Assembly: GCA_963848295.1 (NCBI GenBank)
Contig: CAWKDB010000002.1
Coordinates: 1,344,001-1,408,000 of the forward strand
Direction: 5' to 3'
DNA length: 64,000 nt
From: an uncultured delta proteobacterium
GTDB taxonomy: Bacteria; Myxococcota_A; Polyangia; Haliangiales; Haliangiaceae
The position numbers and the translations under genes were made by a program. Positions 9,590-20,523 of this stretch are shown here, in pieces (positions within the stretch are counted from its first letter, which is position 1; every line of letters begins with the position of its first letter). The notes beneath the pieces are model-generated. The model was not told the DNA's origin. It did not search any database and worked only from the letters and a program-made list of their open reading frames with translations.

Positions 9590-11704
9590 ATGGAAGATTC
9601 CGTCCAAAAATCCCTGGAACGCTACGACATCCTCGATCGCATCGCGATCGGCGGCATGGCCGAGGTGTTTTTGGCCAAGGCCTACGGGTCGCACGGGTTC
9701 GAAAAGACCATCGCGATCAAGCGGATCCTCCCCGAGCTCGCGCGCGACCCGGAGTTCGAGGCGCGGTTCATCGCCGAGGCCAAGGTCGCGGTCAAGCTGT
9801 CCCACGCGAACGTCGTCCAGGTCCTGGATTTCGGTCGGATCGGCGAGTCGCTGTTCATCGCGATGGAGTTCGTCGACGGCCTCGACCTCGCGCTGATGCT
9901 GCGCAAGTACAAGGACGAGAACCTCCTCATCCCGCTGCCCGCGGCGTTTCACATCGCGATCGAGATCATGCGCGCGCTCGACTTCGCGCACTCGCACGGC
10001 GTCGTCCATCGCGACGTGTCGCCGTCGAACATCTTGTTGTCGCGCGCCGGCGAGGTGAAGATCGCCGACTTCGGCATCGCGGTCGCGGCGCAACCGCACA
10101 AAGGCGCGACCCCCGGCGTGCGCAAGGTGATGGGCAAGTGGCGCTACATGTCGCCCGAACAAGCGCGCGGCGACACGCTCGACACGCGCAGCGATCTGTT
10201 CTCCGCCGCGTCGGTGATGTTCGAGCTGTTCACCGGGACCAAGCTGTTCCCCGGCGACGAAGCGCCCGACATCGTCAAGAACATCGAGAACATGATGATC
10301 CCGCGCGCGGCGTCGATGCGCTCGGGGCTGCCGTCGCGGCTCGACGAGATCCTCGCCGGTCCGCTCGCGCGCAAGCCGATCGATCGGCCGAATCGGCCCG
10401 CGGTCGTGCTGCGCTCGCTGATCGAGCTGTCATACGAGTCGAGCATCATGGCGACGTCGCTCGATGTCGCCGAGGCGGTCGCGCTCGTCGTGCCGGCGAA
10501 GCGCAGCTCGGGCGGTGCGCAGCTCGACGACGTGATCCGCAAGCAGCTCGGCGAGAAACAAGAGAAGTCGTCGGTCGCGCGCCGCACCGCGGTCACCGAC
10601 GGCAAACCGCCGAGCACCGAGACGGCCGAGCGCGGCGAGGTCTCGACCGGGCTGTTTCGCAAGATCGATCTCGACGGCCTGTCGCGCCTCGAGGAGCTCG
10701 AGGTCGATCCGACCGCGGTGGCGGCGCCACGAGCGCGCCGAGCCTCGGAAGGGCCGATGCCAGCGGCGTCGTCGCCGGACTCCGGCCTGCACCAGCTGCT
10801 CGACGCGCACTTCGATAAAGACCGCCACACCGAGGTCGGCGGTCCGCCGACCGGACAAGTGCCGAAGAGCGAGCCCGAGGCGATCGCCGAGCCGTCGATC
10901 ACGAAGAGCGTGACCGCGACGCTGACCGGCACGCCGCGACGAACGGCGGCGATCGCGCTCGTCGCGCTCTCGCTCGTCGGCGGTGGCATCGCGCTGTTCG
11001 CGTTGACCCGCGGCGGTGGCGGCGCGGCGGTCGCTGCGAAGTCAGACGGCGGCGTCGTGCCGGTGCCACAGCAGTCGCTCGAGCTCGAGTCCGACCCGAG
11101 CGGCGCGACAATCGTCCTCGACGGCAAGACCGTCGGCAAGACCCCGTTGACGCTGCCGGTGGCCGCGAATACCGCCCCGCATGTCCGGCTCGAGCTCGCC
11201 GGCTACATCGCCGTGGAGGACGACTTCCACATCGTGCCCGGGCAGAGCGAGCACTGGAAGCCGAGGCTCGGCCTCGCGCCCGCGATGATCCACGTCGAGA
11301 CCGATCCGGAGGGTGCGCAAGTCACGCTCGACGGCGTGAAGCTCGGCGACACGCCGCTCGACAAGCCGGCCAACGCGAGGAAACGCGCCGAGCTCGTGAT
11401 CTCGAAGCAGGGCTACGACAGCGTCAAGCAGACCGTCGACCTCGTCGCGGGCAAGACCCTGCCGATCAAGCAGACGCTCAAGGCGATGCAGCGCTTCGGC
11501 ATCGTCAAGATCATCATCAAAGGCACCTACGGCGACGTCTTCTTCAAGGGCCAAAAACTGGGCAAGAACATGTTCGAGATGAACCCCAGGGAGTTCAGAC
11601 TACCCCTCGGCCGACAGCAGCTGAAGATCGTCCCCGAGAAAGGCTCGCCGCGGACCTTCACCGTCGACGTCACCGAGTCGCCGCAGACCGTCAAGCTTGA
11701 CTGA
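9590..11704 (+). CDS. Membrane Ser/Thr protein kinase with extracellular PEGA domains
   Basis: GGMAEVF, AIKRI, HRDVSPSNI, DFGIA, YMSPEQ; one TM segment; ESDPSGATIVLDG and ETDPEGAQVTLDG PEGA repeats. Confidence 0.95.
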   Translation: MEDSVQKSLERYDILDRIAIGGMAEVFLAKAYGSHGFEKTIAIKRILPELARDPEFEARFIAEAKVAVKLSHANVVQVLDFGRIGESLFIAMEFVDGLDLALMLRKYKDENLLIPLPAAFHIAIEIMRALDFAHSHGVVHRDVSPSNILLSRAGEVKIADFGIAVAAQPHKGATPGVRKVMGKWRYMSPEQARGDTLDTRSDLFSAASVMFELFTGTKLFPGDEAPDIVKNIENMMIPRAASMRSGLPSRLDEILAGPLARKPIDRPNRPAVVLRSLIELSYESSIMATSLDVAEAVALVVPAKRSSGGAQLDDVIRKQLGEKQEKSSVARRTAVTDGKPPSTETAERGEVSTGLFRKIDLDGLSRLEELEVDPTAVAAPRARRASEGPMPAASSPDSGLHQLLDAHFDKDRHTEVGGPPTGQVPKSEPEAIAEPSITKSVTATLTGTPRRTAAIALVALSLVGGGIALFALTRGGGGAAVAAKSDGGVVPVPQQSLELESDPSGATIVLDGKTVGKTPLTLPVAANTAPHVRLELAGYIAVEDDFHIVPGQSEHWKPRLGLAPAMIHVETDPEGAQVTLDGVKLGDTPLDKPANARKRAELVISKQGYDSVKQTVDLVAGKTLPIKQTLKAMQRFGIVKIIIKGTYGDVFFKGQKLGKNMFEMNPREFRLPLGRQQLKIVPEKGSPRTFTVDVTESPQTVKLD

Positions 11705-11797
11705 CCTGGGGACGGTGTTCACCTTGTCAACTCTCCGGATCGCGCACCCCGATTGATCTCGGCAGCTTACCTGGGGACGGTGTTCACTTTGTCAACT
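11704..11797. repeat. Two 29-bp direct repeats separated by a 36-bp unique spacer (CRISPR-like mini-array or REP-like unit)
   Basis: ACCTGGGGACGGTGTTCAC(C/T)TTGTCAACT at 11704-11732 and 11769-11797, one mismatch. Confidence 0.85.
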
Positions 11798-11840
11798 GGG
11801 TTCCCGTGGCGTGGCCGGATCCCCCTGCTACCGTAGACCG

Positions 11841-12518
11841 ATGCTGCAGCGGCTCGCGGAACGCGTTCGATGGCCCTGGCGCACCGCTTCGATCTTCGGC
11901 TTGGCCGCGATCGCAGCGTTCGCCGTGCGACCTCGTCATCATCACTGCGATCGCGCATCGCGGGTGTCCGTGGCGGTTTCGGCGCCGGCCGCGCCCGCCC
12001 CCGAGCCGACGGCGCATGCCTCCGGGCTCGTCGCCGTGTTCGAGACCAGCGAGGGCACGATCAACTGCACGCTCGATCCGGCGCACGCGCCGAACACGGT
12101 CCAGAACTTCATCCTGCTCGCGCGCGGGATGATCACCGTGCCCGGCGACCAGACCGGCCGGCCGTTCTACGACGGCCTCTCGTTCCACCGCGTGATCCCC
12201 GGTTTCATGATCCAGGGCGGCGATCCCGCCGGCTGCGGCACCGGCGGCCCCGGCTACACGATCCCGGACGAGCTCAGCCTCGATCTGCACTTCGATCGTC
12301 CCGGCGTGCTCGCGATGGCGAACGCCGGCCCGAACACCGGCGGCAGCCAGTTCTTCATCACCGAGGCCGCCGCTCCGCACCTCGACCATACCTCGACGAT
12401 CTTCGGCCAATGCGATCACCCCGAGGTCGTGCACGCGATCGCGAGCGTGCCGCGCGCATCGAACGATCGACCGCTCGAGCCCGTCACGATCCGCCACGTG
12501 CGGATCGTCGAGCGTTAG
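11841..12518 (+). CDS. Cyclophilin-type peptidyl-prolyl cis-trans isomerase
   Basis: FYDGLSFHRVIPGFMIQGGDP, LAMANAGPNTGGSQFFIT. ATG at 11841. Confidence 0.95.
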   Translation: MLQRLAERVRWPWRTASIFGLAAIAAFAVRPRHHHCDRASRVSVAVSAPAAPAPEPTAHASGLVAVFETSEGTINCTLDPAHAPNTVQNFILLARGMITVPGDQTGRPFYDGLSFHRVIPGFMIQGGDPAGCGTGGPGYTIPDELSLDLHFDRPGVLAMANAGPNTGGSQFFITEAAAPHLDHTSTIFGQCDHPEVVHAIASVPRASNDRPLEPVTIRHVRIVER

Positions 12519-12814
12519 CGTCGCTTGCGCACGACCTCGATCGTGACGTCGCCCGAGACGCGCGTGCGGCACGACAGCCGGATCTTCGTGAGGTGATAGA
12601 CATTGCCGAGGTGCTTGCGCTCCTCCTCGGTGTACGGCGTGAGGTGCTCGGCGCCTGCGAGGATCTTGACCCGGCACAGTCCGCAGGTGCCCTTGCCGAC
12701 GCACGACGTCTCGATGCCCGCCGACAGCTTCGCGCCGGCCTCGAACAGCGTCGTGCCTTCCGCGCACTCGACGACGAGCGGCTCGCCGCTGCTGGCGATC
12801 GTCACTCGCGGCAT
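12515..12814 (-). CDS. 2Fe-2S ferredoxin
   Basis: SCVGKGTCGLC...RLSC cluster motif; 99 aa. Confidence 0.9.
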   Translation of the reverse strand: MPRVTIASSGEPLVVECAEGTTLFEAGAKLSAGIETSCVGKGTCGLCRVKILAGAEHLTPYTEEERKHLGNVYHLTKIRLSCRTRVSGDVTIEVVRKRR

Positions 12815-14241
12815 AGCGTACGTAGGTGCGAGATCAGCCCGTCGAGATCGGTCGTCTCGATCAACGGGTTCATCAACGTCGAGCGCAGGTAATAGCCGTC
12901 GAGCAGCTGCGCGCCGACGATATAGAACGTTCCGTCCCTGACCACGCGCTCGCGCAGCGCGCGATTGTGAGCATCGAGCGCGGCGCCCGCGACCCCGGCG
13001 GGCCGGTGCCGGTAGCACACGATGTTCGACGCCGGCGCGATCGCGAGCTCGAAGTCAGGCGCCGCCAAGATCCTCGCCGCGAGCTCGACCGCGAGCGCGT
13101 GCTGGCGGTCGACGACCTCGCCGAACCACGCTTCGCCGTGCGAGCGCAGCGCGGTCCACATCTCGATCGCCATCATCCGCTTCGTGCACTCGAGCGTGCG
13201 CGTGCCGAGATCCCACCAGCGCTCGGACGGATGTGACGCCGCGAACAAGTACGACGCCTGCTGCGCGAACGCTTCGTACGCGTGGCTCGTCTTGCGAAAC
13301 AGCACGGCGGTGACGAGCGCCGGCATCATCAACAGCTTGTGCGCGTCCCAGACGATCGAATCGGCGCGCTCGATGCCGCGCAACTTGTGGCGTTGACTCG
13401 CCGAGACACAGACGCCGCCGCCGTGCGCCGCGTCGACGTGGAGCCACAGCTGCTCGCGCTCCGCGAGGTCGGCGAGCTCGTCGAGCGGATCGAACGAGCC
13501 GGTCGCGGTCGACCCCGCCGCCGCGACGATGCCGATCACGCGCTGGCCGCGATCGCGCGCCGCTCGCAACGCCAGCTCGACCGTCGCCGGCGTGAGCCGA
13601 TGGTGCGCGTCGACCTTCGCACCGATCGCGCCGCCATCGCCCCAGCCCATCACGCGCAGCGTGCGCGCGACCGAGTAGTGCGCCTCGTCGGAGGAGATCA
13701 CCGCGAGCGGTGGCCCGGCGTGCGCGCCCTGGCTCCAGACGTCGAAGCCGGCGCACGCTTGCCGCATCGCGAGCAGCGCGGTCAGGTTGCCGAGCGAGCC
13801 GCCCGAGGTCAAGACGCCGCCGGCGCCGGCCGCCATCCCGAGCTTGCGGCACATCCACTCGATCACCGCGAGCTCGATCGGCACCGCGGCCGGGCCCATC
13901 TCGTAGACCGCCATGCCGTTGTTGAGCAGCGCCGACACCATCTCGGCGAGCACCGCGCCGGGCAGCGGCGGCGGCACTTGATGCGCCATGCAGCGCGGGT
14001 TCGCGAGCGCGGTCGAGGCCGCCATGATGCGCGACAAATCCGCGACGAGCTCGCCGCCGGTCAGCGACTCCGCGGCCCACGCGGTGCGCGCAGCCTCGGG
14101 CTCGCACCACGGCAGGACCTGCCCTTCGCGCGCGCGCCAGCTCGCGAGCTGCGCCGCGATCGCATCGATCAAGCGATGGCCGTCGGCGCGAAACCGCTCC
14201 GGGTCGTACGCGTTCGCGATCGCGGGCGGCACGCTGGACAT
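12802..14241 (-). CDS. Group II PLP-dependent decarboxylase (aromatic amino acid / diaminobutyrate decarboxylase family)
   Basis: TSGGSLGNL, AHYSV, WLHVDAAHGG, WDAHK (PLP lysine). Confidence 0.9.
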   Translation of the reverse strand: MSSVPPAIANAYDPERFRADGHRLIDAIAAQLASWRAREGQVLPWCEPEAARTAWAAESLTGGELVADLSRIMAASTALANPRCMAHQVPPPLPGAVLAEMVSALLNNGMAVYEMGPAAVPIELAVIEWMCRKLGMAAGAGGVLTSGGSLGNLTALLAMRQACAGFDVWSQGAHAGPPLAVISSDEAHYSVARTLRVMGWGDGGAIGAKVDAHHRLTPATVELALRAARDRGQRVIGIVAAAGSTATGSFDPLDELADLAEREQLWLHVDAAHGGGVCVSASQRHKLRGIERADSIVWDAHKLLMMPALVTAVLFRKTSHAYEAFAQQASYLFAASHPSERWWDLGTRTLECTKRMMAIEMWTALRSHGEAWFGEVVDRQHALAVELAARILAAPDFELAIAPASNIVCYRHRPAGVAGAALDAHNRALRERVVRDGTFYIVGAQLLDGYYLRSTLMNPLIETTDLDGLISHLRTLCRE

Positions 14242-14278
14242 CGCGGCAAGGCTACTCGATCGGGCGCGAGCCGGCGCG

Positions 14279-14687
14279 TCAGCGCTGCGCATACAGGAAT
14301 TGGATCGCCGAGCACACGAACGTGGGCTTGCCGTCGATCAGGTAGGGGTCGAATCGCCAGGATTGGACCTTGCGGCGCGCCCGTTCGTCCCAGTTTGCCA
14401 ACGGGCTCGCGACGATCGTCGTCGGTGCCCCGACGGCTCCGTCCTCGTCGACGCAGAACTTCACGACGGTGCGGACGCGCGAGACCGAGCTGTTCAACAT
14501 GCGCGTCTTGTCGTCTTCATCCGGTATGACCTCGCGATCACCCGAGTGCGGCTCGCCGAGCGCCCGGGGGGGCGACGATCCAATGACCATCGGTTCCCAT
14601 CTGCGGGGCCGCGGGAGGCGCGGTCGAAACGGTCTCGCTCGCACACGCTGCCAGGATCATCGCCACCAGCGCCGCCGCCTTCGTCGT
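14279..14687 (-). pseudogene. TonB C-terminal-domain lipoprotein, frameshifted (pseudogene or sequence error)
   Basis: Signal peptide (ACG)TKAAALVAMILAA-C is in one frame; VKFCVDEDGAV...VQSWRFDPYLIDGKP is in another. The two join by removing one base from the G7 run at about 14566-14572. Confidence 0.6.
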
Positions 14688-14700
14688 GCGCCGGGTTGTA

Positions 14701-15663
14701 TCACGCGGCGACCAGCCGGTACTCGCTCGGCGCGAGCCCGAGCGTGCGCTTGAATGCGACGAACAGCTGTGCCGCATCGGCGAAGCCGCAGCGATCGGCG
14801 ATCGCCTTGACCGGCAGGCGCGTGGTCTCGAGCAGCGAGCGCGCCTCGTCGACTCGGACCTTCTCGATCAGCTGGCGCGGGGTCATCTGGAGATGCTCGG
14901 TACAGCGCCGGTGCAGCGTGCGCACCGACATGCCGCATTGTTTCGCGAGCGCCTCGACATCGACCGGTTGGCGCAAGTGCGTACGCAGCCATGCGACCGC
15001 GCGACCGAACGGCGCGCTGCGATCGCGCTGGGCGACGAGCGCGTCCGACCACTGCGACTGAAAGCCTGGCCTCCGCGCGTGCAACACGAGCCGTGCCGCG
15101 ATCGCGTCGGCGACCTCGCGCCCGCAGTCTTCTTCGACCAACGCGAGCGCCATGTCGATGCCGGTGGTCACCCCCGCCGACGTCCACACCTCGCCGTCGC
15201 GCACGTAGATCGCCTCCGGGTCGACGACCGCAGCCGGCCGAAATGCCGCGAGCTGCGCGCACGCCGACCAGTGCGTCGCGCAGCGCTTGCCATCGAGCAG
15301 TCCCGCGGCGGCGAGCACGAACGCGCCCGAGCACACCGATGCCACGCGGCGCACGATCTTCGCGGCCTTCGCGACGAACTCGCTGAGCGAACGCTGGCCG
15401 AGCGCCGCGCGCACCCCGTCCTCGCTGCCCCCCGCCACGATGATCGTGTCGGTCTTGCGCGGCCGGATCGTTGCGATCGCCTGCGCGACGATCGGGATGC
15501 CGCACGTCGTCGCGAGCGGACCTGCTTTCGAGGCAGCGATCACGACCTCGTAGCCGATGTAGACCGAGCCGCTGCGATTCGCCCCGGCGAACACCTCGGC
15601 CGGTCCGAAGATGTCGAGGCCCTGGGCGCCGGCGAACGCGATGATCACCACGCGACGAGACAC
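14701..15663 (-). CDS. GlxA-family transcriptional regulator (DJ-1/PfpI plus AraC HTH)
   Basis: ASVCSGAFVLAAAGLLDG, TSAGVTTGIDMAL, RPGFQSQ, C-terminal AraC HTH. Confidence 0.92.
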   Translation of the reverse strand: MSRRVVIIAFAGAQGLDIFGPAEVFAGANRSGSVYIGYEVVIAASKAGPLATTCGIPIVAQAIATIRPRKTDTIIVAGGSEDGVRAALGQRSLSEFVAKAAKIVRRVASVCSGAFVLAAAGLLDGKRCATHWSACAQLAAFRPAAVVDPEAIYVRDGEVWTSAGVTTGIDMALALVEEDCGREVADAIAARLVLHARRPGFQSQWSDALVAQRDRSAPFGRAVAWLRTHLRQPVDVEALAKQCGMSVRTLHRRCTEHLQMTPRQLIEKVRVDEARSLLETTRLPVKAIADRCGFADAAQLFVAFKRTLGLAPSEYRLVAA

Positions 15664-15698
15664 TGGCAGAAAATAACATCTCATTGGCTTTCATGCCA
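15664..15698. promoter_or_regulatory. Inverted-repeat operator between the divergent GlxA regulator and DJ-1 gene
   Basis: TGGCAGAAA...TTTCATGCCA imperfect dyad in an AT-rich spacer. Confidence 0.6.
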
Positions 15699-15724
15699 AC
15701 CGCGTTCACCGCTACCTTGGCGCC

Positions 15725-16402
15725 ATGACGCACCACTTCGGCATGCTGCTGTACCCCGGGCTGACCCAGCTCGACCTCACCGGCCCCTACGAGGTGCTGT
15801 CGCGCATTCCGGACACGAAGGTCCACCTCATCGCGAAGCTGCCGGGCCCGTGCGCGTCCGATGCAGGGCTCGCGATCATGCCGACCGCGACGTTCGGCGA
15901 CACGCCGCAGCTCGATCTGATCTTCGCGCCCGGGGGGGCCGGACAGACCGCGGCGATGGAAGATGCTGCGACCCTCGAGTTCTTGCGCACCGCCGGCGCG
16001 CGCGCGACGTGGGTGACGTCGGTGTGCACCGGCGCGCTGTTGCTCGGCGCCGCCGGCCTGTTGCGCGGCTACCGGGCGGCGACCCACTGGGCGTACATGG
16101 AGCTGTTGCCGTTGTTCGGCGCCGAGCCGGTGCACGAGCGCGTCGTGATCGATCGCGATCGGATCACCGCCGGCGGCGTGACCGCCGGGATCGACTTCGG
16201 ATTGCGCGTCGCGGGCGAGCTGGGCGGTCGCGACCTCGCGGAGGCGATCCAGCTCTATCTCGAGTACGACCCGGCGCCGCCGTACGGCGCGGGCCATCCG
16301 CGGGTCGCGCCGGCGAAGCTGGTCGAGGCGACGCGAGAGAACCTGCGGGCCCGGTTCAGCGAACGGCGAACGAAGATCGAGCGGCTTGTAGCGCGGCCCT
16401 AG
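15725..16402 (+). CDS. DJ-1/PfpI family protein (isonitrile hydratase-like)
   Basis: TQLDLTGPYEV, TSVCTGALLLG, GGVTAGIDFGL, LEYDPAPP. Confidence 0.9.
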   Translation: MTHHFGMLLYPGLTQLDLTGPYEVLSRIPDTKVHLIAKLPGPCASDAGLAIMPTATFGDTPQLDLIFAPGGAGQTAAMEDAATLEFLRTAGARATWVTSVCTGALLLGAAGLLRGYRAATHWAYMELLPLFGAEPVHERVVIDRDRITAGGVTAGIDFGLRVAGELGGRDLAEAIQLYLEYDPAPPYGAGHPRVAPAKLVEATRENLRARFSERRTKIERLVARP

Positions 16403-17345
16403 ACCGCCGCAGCGCGAGCACGGTCTCGACCCGCTCGGCCTTGCCCCAATCGCTCCACTCGATACCGTCGAGCTCGAACGCCGCCAGCCGGTCGGACCCG
16501 CGCTCGAGCATGTCGCGCGAGAAGCTGACGGGGAGGTATGCGCGATAGATGTAGTCGAGCGCGTCGTCTTCGTCCGGCGTGCCGATCAGCGGCACGAGCG
16601 AATCGAGGATGTCGAGCAGCTGCGGCTCGGTGGCGCGGCCGAGGCGCCACAGCGCATCGACGGTGCCGCACGTCACCATCGTGTTCCACAGCGCTCCGTG
16701 GGCGCACAGCGCGCTCGCGTCGGCGACGCTGGGCTTCTCGACGAACGCCGTCACGGTGCGAACGCACGGCACATCCACGAGCGAACCGCCGAGCTCGAGA
16801 TAGCCGAGCTCGGGATCGGGCTCGCTCGGTACCGCGCCGATCACGACGACACGATCGCGCAAGGTCGCCGCGACGCCACGCGCCGCGCGCAGCTGATCGA
16901 CGTAGCGCTCGGCCGGCGCCACGTAATGGTCGGTCGGCGTCACCGTGACGACCGCGTTCGGCGTCCACCGCTTGATCATCGCGAGCGCGACGTAGAGCGC
17001 CATTCCCGTGTCACGAGATGCGGGCTGTGCGAACACGTGATCACTGCGACCGGCGAGCTGCGCAGTCGCGAGCTCGCGATGCTTGTCCGTGATCACGGTC
17101 AGCGTCCGAGCCGCCGGGGTGAGTTGGTTCATCCGATCGAGCGTGTGCTCGAGCATCGACCGGGTGCCGAGCAGGCGACAGAACTGCTTGGGGATCCGAC
17201 GACCGAACCGGCGCTCGACGTAGTCCGCGAGGCGGCTGCCCTCGCCGCCGGCGAGCGCGATGGTCCAGTCGGCCCGCGCGTCGTCGTCACAGATCGGCGC
17301 ACTCGCGGCAGTTCGAAATGGTTGCTCGGGGATCGGCGTCGGCAT
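16356..17345 (-). CDS. Sugar-phosphate nucleotidyltransferase (mannose-1-phosphate guanylyltransferase-like)
   Basis: LAGGEGSRL, PKQF, QPASRDT, PTDHYV, FVEKP, WSDWG. Confidence 0.88.
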   Translation of the reverse strand: MPTPIPEQPFRTAASAPICDDDARADWTIALAGGEGSRLADYVERRFGRRIPKQFCRLLGTRSMLEHTLDRMNQLTPAARTLTVITDKHRELATAQLAGRSDHVFAQPASRDTGMALYVALAMIKRWTPNAVVTVTPTDHYVAPAERYVDQLRAARGVAATLRDRVVVIGAVPSEPDPELGYLELGGSLVDVPCVRTVTAFVEKPSVADASALCAHGALWNTMVTCGTVDALWRLGRATEPQLLDILDSLVPLIGTPDEDDALDYIYRAYLPVSFSRDMLERGSDRLAAFELDGIEWSDWGKAERVETVLALRRSRAALQAARSSFAVR

Positions 17346-17360
17346 GACTGGGCGACCTGT

Positions 17361-17376
17361 TGCGGTTTCCATGCCA
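17361..17376 (-). promoter_or_regulatory. Putative sigma54 (-24/-12) promoter
   Basis: Minus strand TGGCATGGAAACCGCA has GG-N10-GC spacing, just upstream of the nucleotidyltransferase ATG. Confidence 0.55.
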
Positions 17377-17478
17377 CGCGACAAAGCGCTGGAATTGCGC
17401 CGGAGAGCGCTCCCGCGTGCTCCCGCGTGACTCGCGCGCCCGGCCGTGCGAAGTCGCGCGCCGACCCGCCAACAGGGC

Positions 17479-18888
<1,410 letters not shown>

Positions 18889-19035
18889 GTGCGGTCGCCA
18901 CGTTACCACATGCGGTCCGCGGGCCAGACAGGCACGGTCCGTTCCACCCCGCTGCCAAGTTGGCGCCGCGACCGCGGTTACGAACCTGTCAGATCGGTCG
19001 GAACGCGGGGCACGGTCGTTGCTACCCTCGATCCC

Positions 19036-20523
19036 ATGTCTGCGGTGCTTTCGTTGTTGCGGGTGATGTCGCTGCGCGATGCCGACGCGATCGTGCTCGA
19101 GGCCGGCAAGGTCCCGAGCCTGCGCCGGCGCGGCCAGGTCGAGGCGCTCGCGATGCCGGCGCTCGATGCCGACATCCTCGCCGACTTCGGCCGCGGGCTG
19201 CTCGCCGGACGCGCGCTCGAAGGACCGCTCGTCGTGCCCTTTGTCGATCCCGATGGCGCCGCGTACGCCATCACGATCGAGCAGGTCGCGGCCGGACTCC
19301 GGCTCGTCGCGCGCAAGAGCGCGAAGCCGTCGGCGCCGAAGCCCGCGCCACCTCCGGTCGCGCCACCGCGCGCCACGCCTGCGGTGATCGAGCATGCGAC
19401 GGCAGCCGAGCCAGCTGCCGCCGAGACGGTGCATGCGTCGGCGCGCGCCGACGTCATCGCTCGGCTCGCTCACCTGCTCGGGCCCGCGGTCGCGATCGCG
19501 CGCGAACACCACGCCTCCGATGTGATCGTCTCGACCGGCCAAGCGCCGCGGATGCGAGTCGCAGGGCGCCTCGAGCTCCTCGAGCTCCACTCCGACGACG
19601 CCGAGCTCGCCGCGTGTGTCGCTGGGCTCGGCGCAGGGGACGCGGGTTCCGGCGCCGATGTCGGGCTCGAGCTCGCCGGCGTGCGCGTCCGCGTCAACGC
19701 GTTCGATCACCTCGGCGGCTACGCCGTCGCGGCGCGGTTGATCCGCGACGAGGTCCCCGGCCTCGCCGCGCTGGGGTTACCCGCCGAGCTCGGACCGATC
19801 GTCGAGCATCGCGACGGGCTCGTGCTGATCTGCGGCCCGACCGGCTCGGGCAAATCGACGACGCTCGCCAGCCTCGTCGCGCAACTCGACGAACGCCGCT
19901 CGGCGCACGTCATCACGATCGAGGACCCGATCGAGTATCGGTTCCGGCCGCAGCGCTGCTTGATCCACCAGCGCGAGCTCGGGATGCACGTGCCGTCGTT
20001 CGCGGCGGGTCTGCGCGCGGCGTTGCGCGAGGCGCCCGACGTGATCGTGCTCGGCGAGCTTCGCGACCGCGAGACAATCGCCGCGGCCCTGACCGCGGCC
20101 GAGACCGGCCACCTCGTGCTCGCCACGCTGCACGCTCCGAGCGCGGTCGGCGCCGTCGATCGCGTGATCGATGCGTTCCCCGAGCCCGGTCAGCGCCAGA
20201 TCAGACAACAGCTCGCGTCGGCGCTGCGCGTGATCGTCACGCAGTACTTGCTGCCGCGCCGCGACGGCGGACGCGTCGCCGCGATCGAGCTCGTGCCCGT
20301 CACTCATGCCGTCGCCAACATCATCCGCAAGGGCGATCTCCATACGTTGCCGACCGCGATCCAATCGGGTCGCGAAGCCGGGATGATCCCGCTCGAGCGC
20401 TCGCTCGCTCGCCTCGCCGACAGCGGCATCGTCGCGCCGGCGGCGATGCGCCGGATCGCCGCGGATCACGACCTGCTCGCCGCGTTGTCGACGATCGCCA
20501 GCGTCAAAGATTCACGGCGGTAA
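19036..20523 (+). CDS. PilT/PilU-family ATPase with an extra N-terminal domain
   Basis: GPTGSGKST, TIEDPIE, ALREAPDVIVLGELRD, AAETGHLVLATLH. Confidence 0.9.
   Translation: MSAVLSLLRVMSLRDADAIVLEAGKVPSLRRRGQVEALAMPALDADILADFGRGLLAGRALEGPLVVPFVDPDGAAYAITIEQVAAGLRLVARKSAKPSAPKPAPPPVAPPRATPAVIEHATAAEPAAAETVHASARADVIARLAHLLGPAVAIAREHHASDVIVSTGQAPRMRVAGRLELLELHSDDAELAACVAGLGAGDAGSGADVGLELAGVRVRVNAFDHLGGYAVAARLIRDEVPGLAALGLPAELGPIVEHRDGLVLICGPTGSGKSTTLASLVAQLDERRSAHVITIEDPIEYRFRPQRCLIHQRELGMHVPSFAAGLRAALREAPDVIVLGELRDRETIAAALTAAETGHLVLATLHAPSAVGAVDRVIDAFPEPGQRQIRQQLASALRVIVTQYLLPRRDGGRVAAIELVPVTHAVANIIRKGDLHTLPTAIQSGREAGMIPLERSLARLADSGIVAPAAMRRIAADHDLLAALSTIASVKDSRR

Noticed and set aside
11704..11797. 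Calling this a bona fide CRISPR array
   Set aside because: Only two repeats, no AT-rich leader and no cas genes in the window. Kept as a repeat feature and a finding.
12515..12814. Ferredoxin as the electron donor of the PYD1-like dehydrogenase
   Set aside because: It lies about 40 kb away in an unrelated operon; nothing in the sequence links them.
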